Assembly (NCBI GenBank): GCA_904063045.1
Contig: CAJFCJ010000008.1
Span: 1,302,001 to 1,366,000, forward strand
Direction of reading: 5' to 3'
Length of the DNA stretch: 64,000 nt
From: Dimorphilus gyrociliatus
Taxonomy: Eukaryota > Animalia > Annelida
Positions 1 to 13,901 of the stretch are shown one piece after another. The notes beneath the pieces are model-generated. The model was not told the origin of the DNA, did no database searches, and saw only the letters and a list, made by a program, of their open reading frames with translations. Position 1 is the first letter of the stretch. Every line of letters begins with the position of its first letter. A program made the translations under genes and the position numbers.

Positions 1-531
1 ATACATAAAATCGTAGCCATTAAAAAGTAAACGATTCGATAATTAAACTATAAAGAATTTATCGAATTCTTCGTGTACTGTTAATTTTGAATTCTAGCAC
101 TCTTGTTTTCAATGTAATTCTTTGACAAGCTCTCTTCTTATTTCATGACAATAATTAATATCGACAATAATTAAAATAGCAATTATAATATAGTATTGAC
201 AATTTCCAAACAAGATAGATAACCTTAATTATTTTAATCCACTAATTGTTTGATAATAATGTTTTTATAACTAAAGAATTAGAAAATGAGGTTGAGACAT
301 CGTTAATATTTTTAACCCTTCATTCTGCATTAGAACAAAAGCATTTACTCCTCATTTTGGAATTATTGAAATGTAAATATTTTATAAATAAAGGAAGTAC
401 TAAAGCTTATTTCGTCTCTGAATTTTCCTTTAACAACAAACAAAAATCTCTAATATGCATATAAATATATATGTATTATTCGTATATATATATGTATATA
501 TATAAATGTATATATGTATATATTTATATAG

Positions 532-3500
532 ATACAATGCTATCATTCATCCGCTACGACCGAGATGCTCCAGAAGAGTCTCAAAAATCTGCATGTTGAT
601 AGTTTGGATTGTTTCGATAACATGCGCCGTCCCTTGCACACTTATTTATAGATTTAAAGTTAAGGAAAACAACGCATCCATTTGCGACATTGTACTTGAT
701 CATGGTTTAGTCAAAATCTACGTGCTTAGTTTAACTGTTGCGCAATACTTTATGCCATTGATCGTCATTTCCTTTGCCTATTTCCGGATAATGTTCAGAT
801 TATGGAGGAGTGAAGCGCCTGGTGCTGCTGTTAATTCTCGAGATGCAATTATGCATCGGAATAAGAAAAAAGTAAGTTGATTTGTTTTCCTTTAATATGT
901 ATAGTATATACAGTTCATCGCCGTCTCCTTTGCTGTCGGTTTGGATTTCTGTAGGGACAATAATAGCTTCAGGCTCTTTTAGCTTGTTTTCTTTATAAAG
1001 TAACGTTTTCACATATACACAAGCACAAAAAACGATATGGGGATTTGAAAGATAAACGAATTGCTGATCATTTTCTTTGAAATAGAGTAGGTAAATATTC
1101 AAATAAATTCAGGTTTTGTTCCCAAAAAATCCTAGTAAGAAGAAAGGATATATTGCTCATAGTAGAATGTTTAGTTATTGTTATTGGCTAAAAATTACGT
1201 AAAGCCTAGTATTTTTTCCCCAGCATAAAATAAGGCTTTCTCAAAAATTAAGCGAATGGAACACCTTTAGTCTATACTATTTCATAATTCTTTTCATAAA
1301 GCATTCATTTTAGTACACCTAAGCTTTCAATGTATACTTAACGCTCAGCAGCATTTACATAGTACAATATTATAATGGACGTTTTCAACGCTTTATAAGT
1401 CGTACGAAGCGCGTTAAAAGAAGGTTTCTTTCGAGAATTTGAATAGAACATGTTAAAATAATAGCTTCTCAAAAGAGAAAGTATTAACAATTCTGTCGCA
1501 ATTTATAAATTATTTACAACAAAACTAGAATACGTATTATCTCCAGAAGCATAAAACAAGGTTAGTAGATAATTCAAGGTAAAAAGATTGCCATTAAAGG
1601 TCAAAATACTTAAAGATGGCCACCAACAGATATCACAGTTTGATAATTTGCAATGTTCTATAATATATAAAAAGTAACATTTCTGTAGTGGAATTCTTAT
1701 CAACAGAAATTTTTCCCAAATTCTTCAAATATTAATTTTTTTCATGAGGGAGATAATCAAATTTTTTGTGATAACAGATAAATTCTTTCAACATTTACTT
1801 TTCCTCTAGATATAATTTCGTTTAAAATTTATATAGCAATGATCAACTTTCCATTGATTCTGTGCATAAATAATAGTCCTTTAATTATAGAAGAGAAGAG
1901 GAAGCAAATTGTCACATATTACAAATCAGTCTAAAAAGAAACAAACAATTTCAAAGTAAAAGATTAACATTGAATATAGAATATGCGGAGGTATAAAAAT
2001 AAACATCTCTTTACAAGAATAAATAAAAGGACAAGCAAGACAAAAACATACGAGCTTTAATGGCTTGTTAGTGGGAACTGCACTTTTAATATAAGACTCC
2101 GGAACTAATATTTTTTTATCAATGTAAAAAATATAAATTAGAAAACCCGACCGAGAATATTTGTATTGTTATTTGCGGCACACTTGATTTCAGTTAATAT
2201 CTTTTTCTTTCACTGATGAGTGTTTAGTTTATTTAAAGCTAATTAAATATTAAAGCCTATATTATAATTTATATATATAGTATTTAAAATTAATTCAGAT
2301 TTATGTTCGAGCCAAGGAGACTCTCAGGACCATGAATATTATTCATATATAAATATATCTATATATAATCAGTACATATGTATAATTGAGAGTTGTATAA
2401 GAATGATAAAAATATATTTTAAAGACCTCTTCCATTTATAGTTGTATAATTAACAATACAAAGCTGTCAACAAAGCAACCATTCCTTATTCTATCAATTA
2501 AAAAATTGGTTCTTTTGATTTGCAACGTGTACTTTATCGAAAAGGGTATAATAACCTTTAAAAACGAAATGTTTCTCTAGCAACCAATACGGAAACATGT
2601 TGATTCATTATTAGACAATCGAATACATTAAAAACAGAATTGTTAAAGCTCTCTTCAAAGAATGTAATACTTTTTTTTTGCATTAAAAGTATTAGCAAAA
2701 ATATTTTTTGCTTATTGAGATTCTTTGGACTAATAATATTGTATTATCGATTTTTTCTGTTTCCATTTTACTGTTCATTTAGGAATGTTTAAAAATTTAG
2801 GCATCTGATTCAAATTTCTTCGCTATTTAAAGTGTGTTTGTATCCTTGAAGAAAAAAATGAAACAACTTAAATAAATTAAATTTATTCATAATCGAATAA
2901 CTTATATTGTATATGATAACACAATGACTTTTATATGGAGCTAAAAATGAATATCTTTGAATAAGTTTTTGTTTTATTTATGAATTATTAATAATATTTG
3001 CAAACTACCTTATTATTAATGAAAATTCATTCAAAAAAGGCTGAAAAGGCTTTAAAGCCGATTATTTTGTTAATCTAAATATGTAAATTTGAAGTTCCTT
3101 TAAATATTTTCACACCAACGTTTAAACTTAAGAGCTGTTGGTAAAATATTGTCATTATCTTTATGTAGTCAAAACTTTCAACCTCCAGGGAGAAGCCTCA
3201 TAAGGTTACATTTCAAGATGTTGCTCTTAAGTATTCGCTTTCATTGGGTATATTTTACTTTCTGCTCAGGATTTGGTCATTATATTATTTGCCCCAAAAA
3301 TTACAAATTTTGATACTTGTTTCCTCAAGTGTACGTACCAAATTTACCAAAATTCAGTAGTTATTTTTTAGCATATCTAGTTATTAGGATGCCGAAACTA
3401 ATCTCTCCGGGGAATGAGCAGAGATTCAAGTCGTAGAGTTAACCACCAAAGGTTTACTAAACTATATATATATCGTACTCGTGACATGAGATTTCCCCCA

Positions 3501-4999
3501 AAGAATTCTCGTCTAATAGGCCCAATAATCGGGGCATTTAGCCATGAGCCTATCTTGCAGAAATTTTTTCACGCTTCATCTGGACTTTTACGGATTCGAA
3601 GAATTATTACCAGAGAACTGCTTTATCTAAAAACACCTTTTATCCCCACTTGAATTGACATTATTAATTAGACCACTCTGGAAATGTCTTCGGCACAAAT
3701 ATATACTATATAACTGTCAAGTGGCCTTTCAATTTAGGTAAGATCTATTAGTAACTTTCAATATAGTTGCTTGCTTATTACTTCAAATTAGAAATATTTG
3801 AAAACATACGTATGAAGAGAACGGCATATAAGTTCTCACGTTGAAAATAAAAGGTTCTATTAAACTTGCTAAAGTAAGAAATGTTGAATATATACTGTAT
3901 ATATGACTGCTTTACTTACTATTTTCTTGACAACCTTTTAAAAAGTACTATATGTTTGCTAACAAATTTTCTGTGTAAAATTGGTGCTGTAGAAAAATTT
4001 GTACATAAAAGTTTAAAAAAAGTTGTAAAAAGAAGAGGAAGCAATGAAAATGGAAAAATAATGAGCTTCACACTGATTAAGGTGGGAAGTGTATAAAAGT
4101 AGAATTAGAAATAAGAAAAAGAGATGTAATACTAAAAGAATCATCTCTCAAAGTTATCCTTTGAAATTTGACTGACGAAAATCATAATTGAGAGTTTAAT
4201 TTTACAGTTTTCTTTAAACACTCTTTCATCTGCAGTCATTTTTTATAAGTTTTGCACTTAGAGAAGAGTCAAAATATTTTTGTACTAAAATAAATCTCTT
4301 TGCAATTAGTGCAAAAAAATATTCGTACCTGCGCAGATCTAGTTCTTCAATTTCTAAAGAGCCTGGCTATATGGAAAAAAATTTAGCTAGTTGTAGCTTT
4401 TACAAGATGAGAAATAGTTTAATGAACCTGTTAAGGAATAGATAAATACTTTTGTAACCGAAAAATCAAGTATTTCTTTCGAATATAGAGGCAAAAAAAA
4501 CTGCCAATAAAAAAGGACACTAATCTAAAAGCATCACTTACAGCTGCTTTATTGCTTATCTAAAATCAGTCCATTAGAAAAGGACAAATTTAAAGTTAAG
4601 ATCATATGATTCAAACCATTGTAGAAGCCAAAGCAAACAATCAAATAGAAAGAAGGCGTTTCTAAAGGTGCAGTTGGGTCATAGAGCTGGAAGAGAAATA
4701 CTGAAATTAAATTAGAGAAAGGGAAAAGAAAAAAACAAATTTTCTCTGAATTAATTGAACAAAAAAGGATAAAAAGCTAGCTCTAATAAGTTTGCCTTCA
4801 ATTTCTTTCTTGTTGAAAGCGTTAAATTAAGCGATGTTCAATTGCCTGTTATGTGCTAGCCGGTTGAAGTTAAAACATGCTTTTATCATCAATAAGCAGA
4901 CGAGCGAATCTCGACGGCTTGACGAATAATCCCCGAATGCTGACGGCAAAGTTGTTGTTTAATGGCTTTCGGTCAAATAAAACATTTCTCTCGCCTCTG

Positions 5000-5031
<32 letters not shown>

Positions 5032-8000
5032 TATGCTAGCATATCTAATATAAACATAAACCTTTACATTTATATATGTCAAAAGACAGCTTATTTATTT
5101 TTAAACACCAGGTTACGTGTGCTTGTATTGATAAAAAAGAATTAAAACAGTAGAGAATGTACAGTATTTTTGTTCACATGTTTTTGTTCTTTACTGTAGT
5201 ATATTTTGTAAAATGCATCTTCACTCAAAAAATAAAATGTTTAATAGCTTATTTACATATACGAACTCCTTTTAAAGTCACATTAATCTTACCTCTTTAA
5301 AGAAGCACACAAAGAGTTAAATAATGTAGATCATTGATAGAGGTTTCGTTAACCATCGTTATCAGTATTTGAAATACTCTATTTCGTTTTATGCGAATTC
5401 AATGGTATTTGTTTCACAGACAATGACAAAATATAAAGATATGTATATTTATTATATATATTTGTTCAAATATACGTAGTATAAAGTAATATATTGAAAC
5501 CTTTTGGTTTTGGTGTATGAGGGAAACAAATCAACATATGGCTTAAAGCTGTATCATAGTCAATAAAGCGGGAAACGAATATATTTAGGAGGTTCCAATA
5601 TTAAATTCTCTAGAATTTCTACTGATGTAAACTTATACTAGTTTAAGTAAACAGGTCGATATTGTGAGGAGTAAATCTTGGAAAGGTGATTCCTACTCAG
5701 ATAAACAGATTATTTAAAATAATAGTACTTTATGATATTTTGATAAAGATTAGCTCAAAATATATATTAATTATCGTTAAAAAATTTTCTCTACACCTAT
5801 AAAACCAATAAAATAAATTAAATAAGATAATGCCTTTCTTGGTTATGACTAATAATCAGCAAAATTAGACAAGCATAGTGATACGTGAGTTGTAATTTAT
5901 ATATGCAGCATATACTCATTATCTATCTTCTTTAAAATATATGAAACTTGCATATATCAGCTATCAGTCTCGCTCAAATATTCTTGGGACCATTTATTTG
6001 ATAATCAAATTTAGAACTTTTTACGGAATACTATTTGTCAATTTGGCGATCATTTATGAATCTCATGCATTGAATTGCATTATGCGATATATTAATTCTA
6101 GATTCATATTCATTTTATTATCTATTAATTTTATAATCATAGGATAATCTGATAATACGTATGTGAAATATACATTTGCAATTTTCCTCCAAAGACTAAC
6201 ATTAACGAGATAATTTTACCCTGGTGTAATGTTATGCATCATTCAAAACGAAAATGACGTCTGAAAAATCGGAATCTACTTCAATGAAGAGTGTCATTTT
6301 ACGTTATGAGCATCAGTTAACTGAATAGAAATTGAACTTGGTTCCTGCATAATTGTATTATAGGTTAAACACAATACATATAGAAAGCTGAGCATAAACA
6401 CATTTTTACACGATGCGTCTAATGGCTAGATGCCAACAGACACTAGCCTATCTTTTACTTATTACCGTTACATATGATTCGTCAATTTATATATAAAAAT
6501 TTCCGGCTGAATAGAAAAAATTCGATTTTTAGCTATTGAAACACTCAAGTTGTGTAATTTCCATAAAGAAATATTGCCTCTGCAATAAACTATCGACCAA
6601 CTTGTTTGAGACCGGAATGAAAAATCGAAAATGTCGATCAATGCCACCAAATCTGGCTTCGTCAACAAACTAATGAAGATGCATAGACATAGCAAACAAT
6701 ATCCACTACTGATTAATCATTAGTAATAATCATACTAAAATTTTTTAATTCATTTATTATATTCATTAGGTTAGTAAGGTTTTTTTAAATCGTAAAGAGC
6801 GATACTTGACTCTCTTTGAAAAACCGCTTAAGCTAACAACATGGTTGTACATTTTGCCTAAAACCAATTTCTCTTAATTGATAGAAAGCTGTAAAATAAG
6901 GGAGCAGAATCGGAAATGAAAGAAAAATTAAAGTAGTTCTTCTGCTTTTCGCCAGAGGACGTTCAAATATTTAGCTTAAAAGCGAACCAATTGCCGGGCA
7001 CAAAGAACTAAAGTAACTTAATTTAAACCCATTTATATCTCCTTTTCATTTTATTGCAATATCGGTCCTTTCTGCATTCTATAATAAAGCCAATATTTAT
7101 TTCTATTAACTCTTACTAAACTTTTTCGGGTGTTTATCCTACTTATTTATATAGTCTTTCTTTCATTTAGTCTTAGAGCCGTTAATTTATTGATTAAGAT
7201 ACTTCTATTAAAATATTCATACAGAGGGAAAGGAGAAAACGCATTAAACACGTATACTATATGTCACTCGTTAGCTATACGTATGCAGTATATATGCAGA
7301 TTTTTTAGCAAGTTTCGAAGCACAAATAACATAATGAAAAGTATTATGATGTCTCGTTTCTAAGGCAACGATAAAAATATCATTACTAAACTTACAACAG
7401 TAAAATTCTTAAATATCAACTTATAAGTTGCTATATTCATATTTGAAGAAAATTAGTATTCTATTAGTTATTTTAAAATCTATGCTACTATAGATATACG
7501 ATATTAAAATGGCATTTATTTAATAAATACATTTTTCATTTGTTGACGCAAGTATTGAAATACTAGAAAATCCTCTAACATAACTAAACATAATGGGTTT
7601 GAGCATAGTTTTCTTCTGATGCCTACAAATCCAAAAGCGAAATTTATTTATAGCTTACATAAAGCTTTTTGCCTTTCTTCACTAATTTGCAAGAAGGAAT
7701 AATAAGACGGAAAAAATTAGTGCAATACTGTAAAAAATGCATCTTTAAGATTGAGAGATTCTTAAACCATCTGTAATTGTAAGGCAACCTAATTATTAGT
7801 GTAAAGTAGATTAAATTTAATCTTGAATTGTGGATTTGATGTGTTACAAAAGTTTTTTAAATCTCTTCGTTGCCAGTTACTTCAATTGTACATTTATAGA
7901 AGTTTAATAGAATAGGAAAGTCTAAAACCAATTAATAATACAAGTATGGAATTGCTTGCAAGGATATTTCATTACTATTTAATCGTTAAAAAAGAGAATT

Positions 8001-11000
8001 TAACATAAGATAAGCCAAATTATTCAGTCATATACTCTATCTTATTCTTTAAAAGTACCACATACAATACCACTTAAAGTAATACAATAAGATTCGCATT
8101 AATAAATTAGTATCAACTTATTATAGTCTTTAGGATACTAAATATGGTTTATCTGAGCATAATTCTTCGAGTGGTTGTAGTATATAAAAATTTTTATTTC
8201 ATTTAACTTTAAAATAGAAATTAATTGACAAATAAAAGTAAACTAAACACATCAGTAAACTGACAATTATCAATAAAGCTTCTCTTTTTTCCATTAATAT
8301 AATGATTTAATCATAGAAGAAACCCTAAAATTTTTTAAGATAAAAGATAAAGACGAAAAAGACTATATGGGCAGACTGAAAGTTACTTTTTAAATGTTTA
8401 ATCATTATGGTCAAATACATTGACAGTTGTTAGCCGTCTAATTTTTTGCATCATTAGAGTAATCTAAAACCAATTATTTACTAACAATTTCATAGAATAT
8501 TTTGAAATATCCCAGATTACGTTAATTTCGTTAATATCTCCCTTTATGTAAAGTTTATTTCAAAAGAAATATAGTCTATTATTTCTTTTCTTTTCATCAA
8601 TTCTATTTAAAAGTTATTATCACACATGAAACGTTTTTTAACACGCCGAAAGTATTTTTTATAGTAATAAATTCTAAATGTTAGATTGTTCTCTTTGTCT
8701 AAAATATTATTTCAATATATATTTTTAGGGAAGCAATTTCTTAGAAAAAAAATATTTGTAATCTTTTTATCTATAAAATATAAAAAACATTACAGAATAT
8801 GTAAGCTGTAATTCCTTATATTATTATTTAAATACATATAAAAAATTACTTTATGTTTATCTATATGAAAATATAATCATAATACAGTCGGAATTTGTTT
8901 ATTTTACAAGTTGTATTTATTTATTGTTTATATAGACTTGTAAATATTATCTTTATTCATCAAAAGAATTTTATGCAATCTCTCTATTAGTGATCTGATG
9001 CCTTTGCAGTTTTTTGTACAAAATTCGAAATTCAGTTTCATTTATAGTTGTGTATTAAAAAATCAAGTTTACGTAAAATTCCAGGAGAGAGAAGAAATAT
9101 CGTTATAAATAGTAGTTTGAAGATAGGATTGAGAAGAAATTGGTTGGATTAAGTTTACTGAAGCGAAACGATATTAGGAATAAAAGATTAGTGAAACTTT
9201 GATGATATAAAGATATTTTAGATGCGTAATTTATACAGTATAATAAATGATATTAATCAAAAAATAGTAAGCTATATCATCTGATCATTATTATAAACTG
9301 AATATAAATTTGGAGAGGTAACAATCTTTTTCATAAAGATTATTAAATCAGTCGTCGCTATTTGTAATAATCATTTTCGAATTTTCTAGAGGGCGACTGG
9401 TCATGGATAAAATTTTGTAAGCATTATGTCACGTTCCAACTTGCTAACGGACAATATAGTGCTATCACATGTATTATACCAAAAATCTGCATGATAAAAA
9501 CCAACAAGGCATAAAGATTTCAGAATAATTATAGAATTATCAGTGCTTAAATTTAGTATCTTTGCATCAATGACAATATAATAATAATTTTTTATTGAAT
9601 TATTATTTTATTTAGATACAGAATATATTTTGTTTTGTAAAATAGGCGTCCAATTCAATTATCATACTCCAAGAAAAAAGGGTGACTTCTTAGAAATAAC
9701 AAAGCTTTTATTGATAATATAAAAAAAAGAATTGAGAAATATTCTGGTCCATTCTATTCATACACTTCTTTTCTTTCTTCTCCTTTTATTTTTAGTAAGT
9801 AACGTAATAACTATTCCGCTCTTCAAATATCAATAGTCATACAGCAAACACACTTTAGGATACTTTAGTCCGAAAAAGGTTAATGAAAAAGTATTTTTAT
9901 ATTAATACAAAGTTTTATGAAAAGAGAGAAAAAATGAATTTTTGTGGGCTTTTTATCATGTCTTCTCTTTCGATTGCTTTTTATAATCTTAATAACAATA
10001 GAAAAATTAATTTTGTATTATGTTACATAATGTTTACGAAAAACATATTAAAAATTTCTCTTAATTTTTACAGGTTTTAAAGATGCTTATAATAGTTGTG
10101 GTCCTATTCGCATTTTGTTGGTTGCCACTCCAAACTTACAACTTCTTACAAAGTATTTTTCCTGCTGTTAATAAGTAAGTATTTTTCTCTAACCTATATT
10201 TAGACCAATAATACTTTTAATTAATACAAATAAGATCTTCTTCAATGACACACAAAGATGAAAATTCGATAGAATACAAAAAAGTAACCATTTATATATA
10301 CAGTACAATTGGCGATATTGCAAATATCGAGAAAAGTAGAAAAAATATATATATCTTCTCTTCACCAAAATATTCATTCTAGATTCAACCCAACACTTAT
10401 ATATAACTCAGTTTCATTTATTCTTGCCAAGTAAATGCAATCAAAACGAGTCCGTTCCTAATTCACCGTCTCCATTTTCTCGTCAACTCCAGTTTACATA
10501 ACCAATAAAGGTCAAGGTTAATCTTGTGGAGTCTTAGTAATTTAACAATTCGAAATGAATAGGAAGTTTTTACTTATAAGATAATAAATAGATAGAAATG
10601 TACATAATACATATACAGTATATATATATATATACTCACAATATAACATATAAAAATAATATTATCTCTAAACGAGAATAAGCCAATTTTCAATTGAAAG
10701 CAAAAATACTTTTATTACCCTCTTACGAAATTATCAGTATTCAGAAGAGACTAAATTATATACACACAATAGATCATCTTAAAATATAAGAACATTATAT
10801 AAATATAAAATATAAATATATTTCCGAAGAAAGAGAAATTTTATTAATTAGAAAGAAGGATGTTACATATGAGTAGTATTCTTTACTTATAACTCTAGCT
10901 TAATAATAAATGTGGAATATAATCAAGTAATGTATAGATATTTTAATATAGTTTTATTACTCATAGGTAAAAAATTTTTCATATATAACTCAATATTCAT

Positions 11001-12480
11001 TAGTATTATACACGAACGTGGCTCATTTAATGTTTTATATATTATTATTACTTTTTAAATCATTTCTCGCTAAAAATAGTCTTCTCTTTCTTTAACCAAA
11101 ACGAAATTGTTAGCTTATAGAATTACTTCTTCCCATAACTGTAACAGTATTAGCTGTTTGATTGTTTTATTATATACAAAACTATTTAGAACATGCATTG
11201 CATTATATATTAGTTTAATTCCTATAATGTCATTTGCTAATGCGACTTATTTAACAGAAATAGTAATAATATTATTTTCATCTTTCTGTGGACATCCCTA
11301 ATTTTTTTGTATTTCGGTTTCGCTTATGGGCTAGAGTACGGTTTGTTATAATCAGCCATATTTATATATGTAATTAGTGTAAATAATGTTTTCTAAAAGT
11401 TTCCTTTTAGAATAACTAAACAAATATAAAAGTTTCTGACCTGGAAATCAAATTACTGAACTAGAATGTTGTGGTTTTTGATGCATTAAATCCATGTCAA
11501 AATTAATTTGTTTTGTATTCTTGGCCTGATAAAACGAAATTCAACAACTACTTACACCAAACAGAATAAAATTTCGGGGGAGAAGAATCGTAAACAACAC
11601 TTTAATAAACTATCATTTACTCTCTGTAATGATATCGCGACTAATTCTCCAAAAAGTTAATTATTATCCCTGAAATGATAAGTTGGCTCTCATTATCATC
11701 TATAATTAATTATAGCTTCCATTTTTGTTCTGTTTTTGTCATCAGCAACTTTAATATAATAGTACAGTTCATGCTAATTTGAAGAGCAGCTGGTCTATCT
11801 CTTCTAAATCAAAACAACGTAAATACGCATAGTAAACATAGCAAACACCTGAAATAGCATATATCTAGGCCATTTAGGTATCTTACAAACTAAGTACATA
11901 CCGTAACAGAAGTATTTCTATCAATTTATACTGCATTTAATATTCATAATGCTTTATAAATTTCAGCTACAGATATATAAACATAATCTGGTTTTGCTCT
12001 AATTGGTTGGCCATGAGTAATTCTTGCTATAATCCATTTATCTATGGTCTAGTAAACGTAAGCAGTTACTTTTTCATTTGTATAGCACGTCATTAACTTT
12101 TTCTGCATATACTATACTTTTATATATACTTTTTTATCTTTTTCATCTTTTTCATCTTTTTCTTCTTCTTCTTCTTCTTCTGCTTACTCTGCTTATTCTT
12201 CTTTTTCTTCATCTTCATTTTCTCCTTATATCTAATACAATTTTATCATAATAAAAAGGAAAAATTCAAGAATGGCTTCAAGTTGATTCTAAGAAGATGC
12301 CCTTGCATTTCCCCAAGATCAGATATACGTTTGGCGGAACATACAGAAGATAGTTTTTATCACAAAAGAGAGAGCACTTGTTTAGATACCCATCCATCTT
12401 ATAGCTGTAACGGAGGCGTTAAAGGACAAAAATATATGAGAATTGCAGTAAATGAAAAAACTGCTCAAAGCTATTTATAA
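532..12480 (+). CDS. Lkr: Leucokinin (kinin/lymnokinin) receptor-like class A GPCR, 3' part; exons 532-871, 10074-10174, 11967-12057, 12259-12480; 5' exons lie upstream of the window
   Basis: All four exons have GT-AG boundaries and compatible phases. Translation: (DR)YNAIIHPLRPR..TM4..TM5..LWRSEAPGAAVNSRDAIMHRNKKK|VLKMLIIVVVLFAFCWLPLQTYNFL..|YRYINIIWFCSNWLAMSNSCYNPFIYGLVN|EKFK. The TM5-TM7 motifs closely resemble insect and molluscan kinin receptors as I recall them. Confidence 0.88.
12125..12225 (+). repeat. Pyrimidine-rich (TTC)n/(TTTTTCATC) low-complexity tract in the last intron of the kinin receptor gene
   Basis: Directly visible sequence. Confidence 0.8.
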
Positions 12481-12489
12481 TGACTGTAC

Positions 12490-12520
<31 letters not shown>
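12490..12520 (+). repeat. (AAT)n microsatellite just after the kinin receptor stop codon
   Basis: About ten AAT units, directly visible. Confidence 0.85.
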
Positions 12521-13901
12521 GAAGTCAAAAGATCAGTAATAATGAGAGTTAAAATAAAAATTTGAAATTATTATTCCATTACCCCAAAAGAAAGGAAATA
12601 TCATTTCTCTACTGTTATTTAAATGTGTTTCAAGAAGTAATTAATCTGCAGCAAACATGTATAAATATTCTCTTAATTCTATTGTGTGGTTCAACGCTTG
12701 CCCACTACACCCTCTAACTTATGTATGTTTATATGCTGTAAAAAACATATTGTATATATCAATTACATGTATACATGTATCTGTCATAAATAATAATTAT
12801 ATACTTATATTTATTGTTCTTTAAACCTTATATATTCATGTATGAATTAATATTGGGATGCATTATATGCATCTTCTTATTGTGCTATATTTTGGTGTTG
12901 TATAATTATTATTACCTTAACGTTAGTATAATTGTTAAGGGAAGAAGAGCGACCGAGTAGATATTAAACATTGACCTTCTCATACAATCGTTTTAATAAA
13001 TACCACATAGAATTTTTCATAAATAGTGATAATTTGAATATACTGTATATAGTCACACATATTTCATTACAAAAGCGAACATTTTCCTTGTATAAAGCTA
13101 ATGAGACTGTTAATGACAAAAGAAATTGTGAATTTATAATTACTATCGAAGCTTTGCAATCTTACTTCAGGATATATCCAAAAAAACGCGTATAAGATTT
13201 AATGGAATCACGTAAAGTATAGGATATTAGCGTATATAGCTTAGATACAGTATATACAGTATACAGTAATATGCTGTTATAATATACTTATAATATAATG
13301 TATATATGTGTGTTTGCTGGAGATAAAATTCAGACAGCTTATTCTCTCCTATATCGCCAATTGTAACAGTTTTAACATCTCCTTATTTTCCTCTATTATT
13401 TTTACGCATAGAGAAACTGTGTACTTAATTGAAAATAGCGCTTGTTTAAATGGTTATTTTTATCGGGATTATCAATTTTTTTACAATAAATTGTGCAAAG
13501 AAAATATTAATAATCCTGCTATTGTAACTAGCTGTTTTTTTAGACTAGTTTCCCTGTTTTTGGATGTAAAGTGATAACTGGGGGAAGAATCTGCAGATGT
13601 AGTTATGTCATATTAGATGTAAAGGAAAAGTTAATTGAATTACTAAAATTTTGTTAAAAATCTATAGAGTTACGTTTCAACCGGAGGGCTATTTTGCGGC
13701 TCAGAACTGAACCTTTTGAAAGATAGGAAACAAAGAACAAAATTCTTAATACTATTCATATATATTGTAAGCCGGCTTAATGATTTTTTTCGTTATTACA
13801 AGAACATTAATGATTTATAAATTGACGTTTTGCTTGTTGATTTAGTTTTCTAATTTTTTCGCAAAGCTAATCTAACATTTAACTATATCCACTAGATGTC
13901 A

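Noticed and set aside
800-1102. 100-aa antisense ORF overlapping the kinin receptor exon (includes KEPEAIIVPTEIQTDSKGDGDEL)
   Set aside because: No partner exons or family signature were found, and it is partly kept open by the antisense coding exon.
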